Assembly: GCA_002840305.1 (NCBI GenBank)
Contig: PHAI01000001.1
Location: forward strand, 112,074-176,073
From: Candidatus Falkowbacteria bacterium HGW-Falkowbacteria-1
GTDB taxonomy: Bacteria; Patescibacteriota; Patescibacteriia; Patescibacteriales; UBA12465
Length of the DNA stretch: 64,000 nt
Direction: 5' to 3'
Below the pieces are notes generated by a model that was given only the letters and a program-made list of their open reading frames with translations, made no database searches and had not been told where the DNA came from. A program made the translations under genes and the position numbers. This document shows, piece after piece, positions 1-8,627 of the stretch (position 1 is the stretch's first letter; each line of letters starts with the position of its first letter).

Positions 1-455
1 CGGTTAAACAGATTATTGATTTGTATGAACAGTATAAATGCCCGATTATTGGTTTATCAGAAGTTGATGAAAATAAGGTAGACAAGTTTGGTGTTATAGA
101 TGGACTTGATTTGGGAAATGGAAATTATGAAATAAAAAGATTCGTAGAAAAACCAAAAGTTGGGGAGGCTCCGTCAAACTTGGCCGCCGTTGGTCTGTAT
201 GTTATTACTCCTGAAATTTTTAAAGTTTTGTCTACTATGAAAAAGGGTAAGTCGGGAGAAATAAGATTGGCGGATGCTTTTGATATTATGTTAGAGAATA
301 ATAGACCTTTGTATGGCAAAAAAATAGAAGGAGAATGGCTTGATACTGGTAGCAAGTTTAACTTTATAAAAGCTACTATAAAGTTGGGCCTAAAAAACGA
401 GGAAGTTAAAGAGGATCTTGCTAATTTTATTAAACAAATAAGTAAGGATATATAA
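1..455 (+). CDS. galU: UTP--glucose-1-phosphate uridylyltransferase, C-terminal part (5' end lies outside the window)
   Basis: The translation contains the VEKP motif and a GalU-like C-terminus (…RFVEKPKVGEAPSNLAAVGLYV…). The ORF is open to the window edge. Confidence 0.6.
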   Translation, partial: VKQIIDLYEQYKCPIIGLSEVDENKVDKFGVIDGLDLGNGNYEIKRFVEKPKVGEAPSNLAAVGLYVITPEIFKVLSTMKKGKSGEIRLADAFDIMLENNRPLYGKKIEGEWLDTGSKFNFIKATIKLGLKNEEVKEDLANFIKQISKDI

Positions 456-465
456 TTTATTTATT

Positions 466-1803
466 ATGAACCATTTAGTTCGAAGGATAATATTTTGGTC
501 TTTTTTCTTTATTTTTATAATCTTGACTTTGTATTTGTCCTTGTTGGCTAGTGGGTATATGATTTCTTTTTCCTCTCTCAAGCCTCCATATAAGTTGAGT
601 CTTTTACAAAAGACTGGGATATTGGCTATAAACTCCGAGCCTAAGGGGGCCGAAGTGAGCTTGGTTAAAAATTTTAAGAGTTTTCTAGTCTCTCGTGACG
701 TTTTTAAAGACAAAAAAATAGAAACTCCCTATAAAGCTAAGAATTTAATTCCAGGTGAATATGTTTTAAGGCTTGAATTGGATGGATACTGGCCATTCGA
801 ACAGAAAGTGTATATAAATCAAGGTGAGACAACTTATGTTGAAAATGTGTCCCTGCTTAAGAAGTCTTTGCCTTTAATGATTTTTCCTTCAACGGTTCAA
901 GCTATAGAAGTGGATAGTAATTTTTCTAATGTATTTTTGTCGGAAGATTTGAAAATTTTTAATATAAAAAACGAAACGGAGTTTAATTTAGGCCTAGATG
1001 TTGATAGTCTCAAGTTCTTAGACAATAGTAAGCTTGCGGTCAATGATGATTTAATTTTTGATTTGAATAAAAATAAGTATATTGGATCCAGTCAAGGAGA
1101 TGGTGTCTACAGGAAAAACATAAAAATAAATAAAGACAGAATTTATTATTTAAATTCTGAAAAAAATATTTTTGTTTGTGATTTAGATTTTGAAAATGAT
1201 AGCTTATTTTTTGAAGGAGAAAATATCGATGATTATTTTATTGGTGGTGATTTTATTTTTTTAATTTCAGAAAATTTAGACAAAAAGTATTTTAAAATCT
1301 ATTCTTTTGCAGAAAAAAAACTTGTGAGAGAGCTAGAAATGCCATCTTTCGGTAATTTTCAAATTTATTCTGTTATTGGTAGTTTTGTTTTAGTTCGTGA
1401 TTCTAGCTTTTCAAGCTTGTATATACTGGAGCCGTTTTCAAAAATAAATGTGTTTAGAGGGTTTTTGACAAAAGTAGAAAACATTAATTTTGTAGATAAC
1501 AACAGTTTTGTTTACTCAAGCGGTTTTGAAATTTTTCTTTTTAATTTATCCCTATTTCAAAGCTTTCTAATTTCTCGCTTTGAGGATAATATTACCAGCC
1601 TGCTTTGGCATCCGAAAGAATATGTTATCTTCTCAAATGGCAAGGACATAAACGCTATTGATTTAAAATATAATAAGTATGTGACAAAACTTTTTTCCTT
1701 CGACAAGGTCTCCAATATTGTCTTAGATAAAAATGGCGGAATATTATATTTTACTGGTAAGATAGCCAATCAAGAGGGCTTGTATAAATTGTCTATTCAG
1801 TAG
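466..1803 (+). CDS. Membrane-anchored PEGA-domain protein of unknown function
   Basis: There is an N-terminal TM helix followed by a PEGA-like segment (INSEPKGAEVSLV…PGEYVLRLELDGYWPFEQKVYINQGETTYV). Confidence 0.45.
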   Translation: MNHLVRRIIFWSFFFIFIILTLYLSLLASGYMISFSSLKPPYKLSLLQKTGILAINSEPKGAEVSLVKNFKSFLVSRDVFKDKKIETPYKAKNLIPGEYVLRLELDGYWPFEQKVYINQGETTYVENVSLLKKSLPLMIFPSTVQAIEVDSNFSNVFLSEDLKIFNIKNETEFNLGLDVDSLKFLDNSKLAVNDDLIFDLNKNKYIGSSQGDGVYRKNIKINKDRIYYLNSEKNIFVCDLDFENDSLFFEGENIDDYFIGGDFIFLISENLDKKYFKIYSFAEKKLVRELEMPSFGNFQIYSVIGSFVLVRDSSFSSLYILEPFSKINVFRGFLTKVENINFVDNNSFVYSSGFEIFLFNLSLFQSFLISRFEDNITSLLWHPKEYVIFSNGKDINAIDLKYNKYVTKLFSFDKVSNIVLDKNGGILYFTGKIANQEGLYKLSIQ

Positions 1804-1875
1804 TATTTTGTTATAATTGTATTAAATTAGTAAGCGATATTTTCCGTATTTATTTTATTTTTTAATTGATTTTTT

Positions 1876-3135
1876 ATGTCTAAATTTATTATTAATGGTC
1901 AAAAACCATTATCAGGAGAAATAAAAATTAAAGGAGCTAAAAATTTAGCCTTAAAGGTCATTCCGGCCTCTATTTTATCAGAGAAGCCGATGACTATAGG
2001 TAATTTACCAAAAATAGAGGACATTGATAAATCTTTGCAATTGATCAGAGAGATGGGGTTTAAGGTTGAATTAAAGGGAGACAAAGTAATTATAGAGAGT
2101 AAAAATGTCAAAACTTTTGAGCTGTCAGATAAGTTAGCTGATAAATTTAGAACATCTATTATGTTCGTCGGGCCTTTGCTTGCTAGATTTAAAAAAATTA
2201 AATTTCCTCATCCTGGGGGATGTGTCATTGGTGCCGGTGGAAGGCCGATCGATCTCTTTTTGGATGGTTTTTCCGCTATGGGCGCCAAGATAAAAGCTTC
2301 TGGTAAATATTATTTTATAGAAGCAAAAAAATTAAAAGGAATGGATTTCTTTTTTCCAAAGGTTTCCGTTACCGGCACGGAGAGTTTGATGATGACCGCT
2401 TGTTTAGCTGAGGGCCAAACTATCTTAAGAAATTGTGCCATGGAACCTGAAATAAAATATTTAGCTGACTATTTAAATGAAAATGGTGCCAAGATAAAAG
2501 GTGCTGGCACGTCAATGATAGTAATTGATGGTGTAAAAAAAATGGGTGCTGGTAAAATTGAAATAATGCCAGATAGAATAGAAGCCGGATCTTTTGCTAT
2601 TTTAGCCGCAGCCACCAATTCGGAAATTCTTATAAAAGATTGTAACCCCGAACATGTTTCTGTTTTGTTGGCTATTTTTAAAAGAATAGGTGTTAATTTT
2701 GAAACAGGAAAAAATTGGATAAAAATGAAAAAAAGAAACAAAATCAAAGCTTATAGCATCCAAACTCATGAGTATCCTGGCTTTCCTACTGATTTGCAGT
2801 CTCCTTATGCGGTTTTAATGACTCAAGCTGATGGCATGTCTTTGATTCATGAAACGATTTATGACAGGCGTTTGATTTGGACGGATATGTTATCACAAAT
2901 GGGCGCAAATATTACCATGTGTGATCCTCATCGTGTGGTTATAAATGGTCCAAGTAAACTATATGGCAAAAAATTAATCAGCCCAGATATTAGAGCTGGT
3001 ATTGGTTTGGTCATAGCCGCTTTAATGGCAAAGGGTAGAACAGAGATAGACAATATTTATCAGATAGACAGAGGTTATGAAAAAATAGATGAAAGATTAA
3101 GGAGGCTGGGAGCGGATATTGTTAGAGTGGATTAA
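1876..3135 (+). CDS. murA: UDP-N-acetylglucosamine 1-carboxyvinyltransferase
   Basis: The full-length protein is MurA-like (KIKGAKNLALKVIPASILSE…). Confidence 0.9.
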   Translation: MSKFIINGQKPLSGEIKIKGAKNLALKVIPASILSEKPMTIGNLPKIEDIDKSLQLIREMGFKVELKGDKVIIESKNVKTFELSDKLADKFRTSIMFVGPLLARFKKIKFPHPGGCVIGAGGRPIDLFLDGFSAMGAKIKASGKYYFIEAKKLKGMDFFFPKVSVTGTESLMMTACLAEGQTILRNCAMEPEIKYLADYLNENGAKIKGAGTSMIVIDGVKKMGAGKIEIMPDRIEAGSFAILAAATNSEILIKDCNPEHVSVLLAIFKRIGVNFETGKNWIKMKKRNKIKAYSIQTHEYPGFPTDLQSPYAVLMTQADGMSLIHETIYDRRLIWTDMLSQMGANITMCDPHRVVINGPSKLYGKKLISPDIRAGIGLVIAALMAKGRTEIDNIYQIDRGYEKIDERLRRLGADIVRVD

Positions 3136-3254
3136 ATACAAATAGCCGTTTATTTTTTTGTTGCAATAAATTGTAAAGTTTTTAGGTTCTTATGGCTTTT
3201 GCTATTTTGCCCTAAAATATTTTAAATAAATATTTAATAATCATTATAAAAACT

Positions 3255-4676
3255 ATGCTTAATAAAAAACAAAAAGCTTTTACACTTATTGAATTATTAG
3301 TGGTAATAGCTATTATAGGTATTTTGGCTACTCTAGCGGTTGTAGCTCTACAGCAAGCCAGACAAAATGCTAGAGACGCAAAAAGAGTGGCGGACATGAA
3401 ACAGGTCTCCACTGCTTTAGAATTGTTTTTTAGTGAAAATGGTAGATATCCAACAACTGATGAGTGGAACAGTGGCGCTATAACCTCTTCTAGTACAGGG
3501 GAAATATTTATGTATAGCATTCCTGTTGCCCCAACCCCTGCTGATGGAAATTGCTCTCCCGCCTCTAATACTTATGCCTACATTCCTGTTGATAATGGCA
3601 ATAGTTATGCCATTAATTTTTGTATTGGAAAACAACTTTCAAATCTTAATGACGGAGCCAAGACAATGATCCCTGGTGGTATAGTTGATTATAGTGGCCA
3701 ACTAGAAGAAGAGCCAGGGGGTTGTTTGCCAGAATGTTCTGAGGGTTATATTTGTAATGAAGGAGAATGTGACCTTGTTGCTTGGGTTGAGCAATCACTT
3801 TCTGGTTCAAGAGAATGGTATTCTATAACCTCATCTTCTGATGGTACTAAATTGGCGGCGTGCGCTATGAATGGTTATATTTATACCTCTTCTGACTCAG
3901 GCCAAACTTGGGTGGAGAGAATTTCTGCTGGTTCAAGAAGCTGGGCGGCTATAAGCTCTTCGTCCGACGGAACAAAGCTTGTAGCGGTTAATAATTATTC
4001 TGGTGGAAGTAGTGGCGGGTATATTTATACCTCTTCTGATTCTGGACAGACCTGGGCAGAGAGAACGTCTTCTGGCGAAAGAAGTTGGGAAGGAGTAACC
4101 TCGTCTTCTGACGGAGTAAATTTGGCTGCCGTGGCTTACAATAGTGATTATATTTATACGTCAGATGACTCCGGTGTAACATGGACTGCCAGAACTTCGG
4201 CTGGAGCAAGAGATTGGGACACCATTGATTCTTCTTCTGACGGCTCTATGTTAGCAGCCATCAGTGAATGTGGGTATTTATATACATCTTCTGATTATGG
4301 GGTTACCTGGGTAGAGCAAACTTCTCTTGGGTCAAAATGTTGGAGTTCAGTTGCTTTTTCTTCTGACGGAGAAAGAGCCGTCGCCGTGGCCGCTACTCTT
4401 GATAGTGTTTATGTTTCTTCTGACTTTGCTCAAACGTGGACAGAAAAAGCATCTTCTGGATCAAGAGCTTGGTATTCAGTTTGCTCATCGTCCGATGGAA
4501 GAAAAATATTTTCCGCCGTTTGGGGTGGCTATATTTATGCATCCTATGATTATGGCGAAACATGGGTTGAACAAACTCCTTCTGGCGCAAGAAACTGGGT
4601 TGATATTTCTTGTTCAAACGACGCCAACGAAGTGTCCGCTGCCGTTAACAATGGGTATATATATACCTACAGATAA
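3255..4676 (+). CDS. Type IV pilin-like protein with a C-terminal 7-blade BNR/Asp-box beta-propeller
   Basis: The N-terminus is a prepilin domain ([30 protein letters not shown]). A Cys-rich linker follows, then about 7 repeats each carrying the S-x-D-x-G-x-T-W Asp-box (YIYTSSDSGQTWVE…SSSDG…). Confidence 0.7.
   Translation: MLNKKQKAFTLIELLVVIAIIGILATLAVVALQQARQNARDAKRVADMKQVSTALELFFSENGRYPTTDEWNSGAITSSSTGEIFMYSIPVAPTPADGNCSPASNTYAYIPVDNGNSYAINFCIGKQLSNLNDGAKTMIPGGIVDYSGQLEEEPGGCLPECSEGYICNEGECDLVAWVEQSLSGSREWYSITSSSDGTKLAACAMNGYIYTSSDSGQTWVERISAGSRSWAAISSSSDGTKLVAVNNYSGGSSGGYIYTSSDSGQTWAERTSSGERSWEGVTSSSDGVNLAAVAYNSDYIYTSDDSGVTWTARTSAGARDWDTIDSSSDGSMLAAISECGYLYTSSDYGVTWVEQTSLGSKCWSSVAFSSDGERAVAVAATLDSVYVSSDFAQTWTEKASSGSRAWYSVCSSSDGRKIFSAVWGGYIYASYDYGETWVEQTPSGARNWVDISCSNDANEVSAAVNNGYIYTYR
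3780..4673 (+). repeat. In-frame tandem repeats (~126 nt each, about 7 copies) encoding the BNR propeller blades
   Basis: Nucleotide words recur (tatatttatacctcttctga…, tcttctgacgg…) and the protein shows repeated YxSSDxGxTW…SSSDG blades. Confidence 0.7.
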
Positions 4677-4790
4677 TTTCCGCATTGTTGACAATTTATT
4701 TAGATTTGTTAATATGTATCTATTAAAGGAATATGGTTTTCCTGGTTTTTTGGTTTAATATTAATTTATATATAAATAAAGCATAAAAAT

Positions 4791-5105
4791 ATGACAAAGA
4801 TAGCGGTTATAAAAACAGGCGGAAAACAGTATAAGGTTAAAGAAGGCGATGTTATTAAGATTGAAAAACTCCCTCTCGAAGACGGAAAAAAGGTTAAATT
4901 TGAAACCTTAATGATTGCTGATACCGACGGCAGCTCTATTGAAATTGGAGCTCCTTTTTTGGGAGAAAAAGTTGAAGGAGAAACTGTTTCTCAAGGTAGA
5001 GCCAAGAAGATTTTAGTTATAAAATACAAAAACAAAACTAGATACAAAAGAACTATCGGCCATAGACAAGAATTTAGTCAAGTGAAGATTGAAAAGATAG
5101 CTTAA
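4791..5105 (+). CDS. rplU: 50S ribosomal protein L21
   Basis: The translation begins MTKIAVIKTGGKQYKVKEGDVIKIEKL…, an L21 signature. Confidence 0.9.
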   Translation: MTKIAVIKTGGKQYKVKEGDVIKIEKLPLEDGKKVKFETLMIADTDGSSIEIGAPFLGEKVEGETVSQGRAKKILVIKYKNKTRYKRTIGHRQEFSQVKIEKIA

Positions 5106-5151
5106 TATTTCAAACATATTTCTAAAAAATGAGCCAGTATTTGGCTCATTT

Positions 5152-5769
5152 TTATTTTAACTCATTTCTGTATTTTAAAGCATTACTCAGAGTAGTTTCG
5201 TCCACGTACTCCAGGCTCATTCCAGTTGACAATCCTTGAGCTAGTTTACTTATTTTTATTTTTGGGCTTTTTAATATTCTTTTTAAATAAAGAGAAGTCG
5301 TCTCTCCCTCAATAGTTGGACTTAGAGCTAATATCATTTCTATTTTTCCATTTTTTTTAATTAACTCGTTTATATGTTTTACCAATTTTTTTATATTTAA
5401 TTTTTCTGGTCCAATGTTTTCTATAGTATTTACGAGTCCATTAAGTATAAAATATTTTCCGTTATATTGTTTGGTATTTTCAATGCTGGACATGTCTTGG
5501 AAGTTGGCTATTATACAGATTAAATTTTCTTGTCTTTTGTCGTCAGAACATATTGGACAAATTTCTTTTTCCGAAAAAGCTGAACATTTTTGACAAATCT
5601 TAAAACCATCAAAAATATTATTTAAGTCTTTGGCTAATAATTTAATTTGCCCTGGGCTTTGTTTCATTATATGGAATACGTATCTTTCGGCCGTTTTTCG
5701 GCCTACTCCGGGCAATTTTGAAAATTGTTGGATCAGGTTTTCTATTGTTTTTGGGTAATGTATTGACAT
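5152..5769 (-). CDS. recR: Recombination protein RecR
   Basis: A helix-hairpin-helix N-terminus (LPGVGRKTAERYVFHI) is followed by a C4 zinc finger (CQKCSAFSEKEICPICSD) and a Toprim-like C-terminus. Confidence 0.9.
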   Translation of the reverse strand: MSIHYPKTIENLIQQFSKLPGVGRKTAERYVFHIMKQSPGQIKLLAKDLNNIFDGFKICQKCSAFSEKEICPICSDDKRQENLICIIANFQDMSSIENTKQYNGKYFILNGLVNTIENIGPEKLNIKKLVKHINELIKKNGKIEMILALSPTIEGETTSLYLKRILKSPKIKISKLAQGLSTGMSLEYVDETTLSNALKYRNELK

Positions 5770-5828
5770 TTTTTTTAAAATAGTTTATATTTCTCTAGTA
5801 GTTTTTTAACAATTAAACAAATATCTTT

Positions 5829-6197
5829 ATGGTGACATCGTTTTCTGTTCTTAAATTTCGTAAAATATCCTCCCGCAAGGTAGAGGAAAAACAGAGTATC
5901 AATTCTTTTGTTCTTCGGAACAACAATGGCCAGTTAGTTCAGATAAGGCCTGGGCTTTGCAAATCGAAACCAAAGTCCTTTTTTGAAAAAATTTTCACAG
6001 GGAAAGATGTTCCTAATAAAGTTATTTTTGTCGGAAATTTGGAGACCGCTCAAACAAGGGCGGCTAATCGGCATTATTACGAAAGGGTCTTAAAGTTGAC
6101 CGAAAGTAAAGAATATAAATTACAAGAAGTAGTTTATAATGACCCCCATCATGCTCTCGAGCAAGAGGAGAGGGGTTTTGTTTTCTCGGCCAACTAA
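5829..6197 (+). CDS. Hypothetical protein (small ORF between recR and ybaB, opposite strand to both)
   Basis: The ORF is 122 aa with no recognisable motifs and is followed by a hairpin plus T-run. It has no obvious Shine-Dalgarno sequence. Confidence 0.3.
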   Translation: MVTSFSVLKFRKISSRKVEEKQSINSFVLRNNNGQLVQIRPGLCKSKPKSFFEKIFTGKDVPNKVIFVGNLETAQTRAANRHYYERVLKLTESKEYKLQEVVYNDPHHALEQEERGFVFSAN

Positions 6198-6214
6198 TTT
6201 AAGACATTTATCTT

Positions 6215-6248
6215 CACGCGCCTTCAACAGAGGGCGCTTTTTTATTTT
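6215..6248 (+). terminator. Rho-independent terminator-like hairpin plus T-run
   Basis: The sequence GCGCC-ttcaacagag-GGCGC is followed by ttttttatttt. Confidence 0.4.
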
Positions 6249-6254
6249 CTACAA

Positions 6255-6530
6255 TTAGTTTAATCCTGGTATTCCACCCATTTCTTGCATTTTTTTGGCC
6301 ATTATTCTTTGTGTTTTTTTTATAGCGTCATTAAAAAGATCTTTAGTTGTTCTAGCAATCTCTTCTTTGCTTGAGTCGTTGTTTATAGATAGCTCCATGA
6401 TTTCCATATTGCCGTTCATTACTAACTTTATTCCATTTTTTTCTAATTCAACTTTTTCATCCGCCAAAGCATTTTGCATTGTTTTGGCTTGGCTTCTTAA
6501 ATCTTTTAATTGTTTTAGTTTATTAAACAT
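6255..6530 (-). CDS. ybaB: Nucleoid-associated protein YbaB/EbfC
   Basis: The translation MFNKLKQLKDLRSQAKTMQ… resembles YbaB (…MKQAQ.MQ…). The ATG chosen is internal to the longer ORF in the track. Confidence 0.75.
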   Translation of the reverse strand: MFNKLKQLKDLRSQAKTMQNALADEKVELEKNGIKLVMNGNMEIMELSINNDSSKEEIARTTKDLFNDAIKKTQRIMAKKMQEMGGIPGLN

Positions 6531-6612
6531 AAATTTTTTTGTTGCGCTGTAGTCAAATAAGCACAAAGTGCTTTTATATGAACAAGAGCGAATATTTGAT
6601 TATTGTTAGATA

Positions 6613-7998
6613 TTAATTATCTTCTTTTTTTGATAAATTTCTAAAGCTGGCAGTTTCTTCGGAGAAAAATAGATCTATTTTTCCGGTTGGGCCGTTTCTA
6701 TGTTTGGCTATGTGAATTTCGGCTTTATATCTTTCTTCCATTGATAATTCTTGAACATTAAAAGCTCTGTCGGCCGCTTTTCTGTATATAAACATTACAA
6801 CGTCAGCGTCTTGTTCAATGGATCCCGAATCTCTAAGATGGGAAAGCTTTGGTATTGACGAGCCTGTTTGTTGTTCGGCTGCTCTAGATAATTGGGCTAG
6901 AGCCAAAACGGGGACGTTTAATTCTCTGGCTATACCTTTTAGTCCGCGACTAATTTCTGATATTTCTTGAACGCGGTTGTCACTAAATTTTCCTCGCCCC
7001 TCCATTAACTGCAAGTAGTCGATAACTATTAACCCCAATCCCTTTTCTGATTGAAGCCTTCTGCTTTTTGCTCTTATTTCCATAACCGATGAATTGGGGG
7101 TGTCATCTATATATATTGGTGTTTCGGCTAAAATACCCATAGCTTCTCCTATTTTTTGAAAATCATTATCTTCTTCTTTGTCTGATAAATTTCCGGTTCT
7201 CATTTTCCATAGATTTACATTAGCTTGAGCACAAAGCATTCTGTCTACGAGTTGCTCCTTGCTCATTTCTAAAGAAAATAGTCCTACCCCAACTTTATTT
7301 TTTATAGCTGCCTGACGAGCAATGTCTAAAGCCAAAGATGTTTTTCCGACGCTAGGTCTGGCTGCCAAGATTACTAAATCAGATTTTTGTAAGCCAGCCA
7401 AAAGATTGTCTAAATCATGAAAACCAGTTGATAGTCCTCTTAATTTTCCGCCTTTTTTGTGTAATTCATCTATTCTTTCGAAAGCTTCGGTGAGCAAATT
7501 GTCTATTCCTGAAAATGAATTTTTTAAGTATTTCCTAGAAACACTAAACATTTTTTTTTCTGCTTGGTCAAGAATTTCATCTACATCTCTCTCTTCTTCA
7601 AAGCTTAAGTCCATTATTTCACTGGCTGATATTTGTAGTCTTCTAAGCGTTGCCTTTTTTTGTATTAAGTTGGCATAATAAGAAATATTGGCTGTTGTGG
7701 CGACCGTGTTTGATAGTTGAGCCAAATAACTTCTGCCACCTATTTCGGCTATTAATTTTTTTTCTTCTAATTTGTTAGACAGGGTTATAATATCTACCGG
7801 CTCTTGATTATTGAAGAGCTCTATCATTGATTCGAATATTGATTGGTGGTTATTGTAATAAAAGTCAATCGGATTTAGTATATCCATTACTTTAAAAATA
7901 GCCTCTTTGTCTAATAGTAAGCAACCTAGAAGGGATTGCTCTGCTTCAATATTCTGTGGAGGCATCTTGCCGAGTTGATTTTGCTTTTCTTCAGCCAT
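6613..7998 (-). CDS. dnaB: Replicative DNA helicase DnaB
   Basis: The N-terminal domain (PPQNIEAEQSLLGCLL) is followed by Walker A (ARPSVGKTSLALD) and a RecA-like C-terminus. Confidence 0.9.
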   Translation of the reverse strand: MAEEKQNQLGKMPPQNIEAEQSLLGCLLLDKEAIFKVMDILNPIDFYYNNHQSIFESMIELFNNQEPVDIITLSNKLEEKKLIAEIGGRSYLAQLSNTVATTANISYYANLIQKKATLRRLQISASEIMDLSFEEERDVDEILDQAEKKMFSVSRKYLKNSFSGIDNLLTEAFERIDELHKKGGKLRGLSTGFHDLDNLLAGLQKSDLVILAARPSVGKTSLALDIARQAAIKNKVGVGLFSLEMSKEQLVDRMLCAQANVNLWKMRTGNLSDKEEDNDFQKIGEAMGILAETPIYIDDTPNSSVMEIRAKSRRLQSEKGLGLIVIDYLQLMEGRGKFSDNRVQEISEISRGLKGIARELNVPVLALAQLSRAAEQQTGSSIPKLSHLRDSGSIEQDADVVMFIYRKAADRAFNVQELSMEERYKAEIHIAKHRNGPTGKIDLFFSEETASFRNLSKKEDN

Positions 7999-8149
7999 AG
8001 TTCATGTTTTACGTGTCTATTTTTTAGAATAATTACATAGTATCTTAAAATAGATATTTTATCAAGGTGGTTTTTGGTCTTTTGTTTAGGCAGTTTTCCA
8101 TTCTTTTTCAACTTGTTTTCCACCTGTTACTTGTCGATTGTTTATACTA

Positions 8150-8178
8150 TTGCCAAAACTTTTTTTTTGCTTTATAAT
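8150..8178 (+). promoter_or_regulatory. Putative sigma70-type promoter for the tRNA-Lys/tRNA-Thr unit
   Basis: TTGCCA, a 17-nt spacer, then TATAAT, about 50 nt upstream of tRNA-Lys. Confidence 0.35.
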
Positions 8179-8229
8179 CAAACTAATCATAGATTTTCAG
8201 TTTTATGATATTTTTTTGTTGTAATCTAT

Positions 8230-8302
8230 GCGCCTATAGCTCAGTTGGTAGAGCAGCAGCCTTTTAAGCTGATGGTCGCAGGTCCGAATCCTGCTGGGCG
8301 CA
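8230..8302 (+). tRNA. tRNA-Lys (anticodon UUU)
   Basis: I folded the cloverleaf by hand. Acceptor is gcgccta/tgggcgc, the anticodon loop is cTTTtaa, and the T-arm is gcagg/cctgc. Confidence 0.8.
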
Positions 8303-8434
8303 CATTTTTTATAGGATTATTAGGATTTTTGAAATACTTAGGGCGCTTGGGGCTTTGAAAACGTAAAAGTTTTAACAATAACATTGGTTTTAATAATCTC
8401 AAATATCCCAAGAATCTTAACAGCTCCACTTGTT

Positions 8435-8508
8435 GCCGCCTTAGCTCAGTTGGTTAGAGCGACTGTTTTGTAAACAGTAGGTCGTCGGTTCGAATCCGAC
8501 AGGCGGCT
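8435..8508 (+). tRNA. tRNA-Thr (anticodon UGU)
   Basis: Cloverleaf with acceptor gccgcct/aggcggc, anticodon loop ttTGTaa and T-loop ttcgaat. Confidence 0.85.
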
Positions 8509-8627
8509 CAGATTTTAAAAATACTCTTTTGGGTATTTTTTTATTAGAGTTTTTATTTTTTCTTTAGGTTTAATTTATTTAGAATATTCTAAAGTTTTTT
8601 TATTAGATATTTCTTGAAGAAATTAAA

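Noticed and set aside
4327-4758. 143-aa ORF overlapping the 3' end of the pilin-BNR gene in another frame
   Set aside because: It is a low-complexity translation of the repeat region in the wrong frame. The BNR-repeat frame is strongly supported by the repeating Asp-box motif.
5770-6250. Possible RNase P RNA or tmRNA in the recR-ybaB gap
   Set aside because: I could not find the P4 GGAAAGUCCGG / ACAGAAcCCGGCUUA pair, nor the AGGGUGAAA…GUAAGAGC module. I also found no tmRNA-style GGUUCGA(U/A)UCC…CCA 3' end. A vague ACAAGGGCGGCUAAUCGG resemblance is not enough.
8241-8429. 62-aa ORF on the - strand
   Set aside because: It lies entirely inside tRNA-Lys and the tRNA spacer. It is an artefact of the structured RNA sequence.
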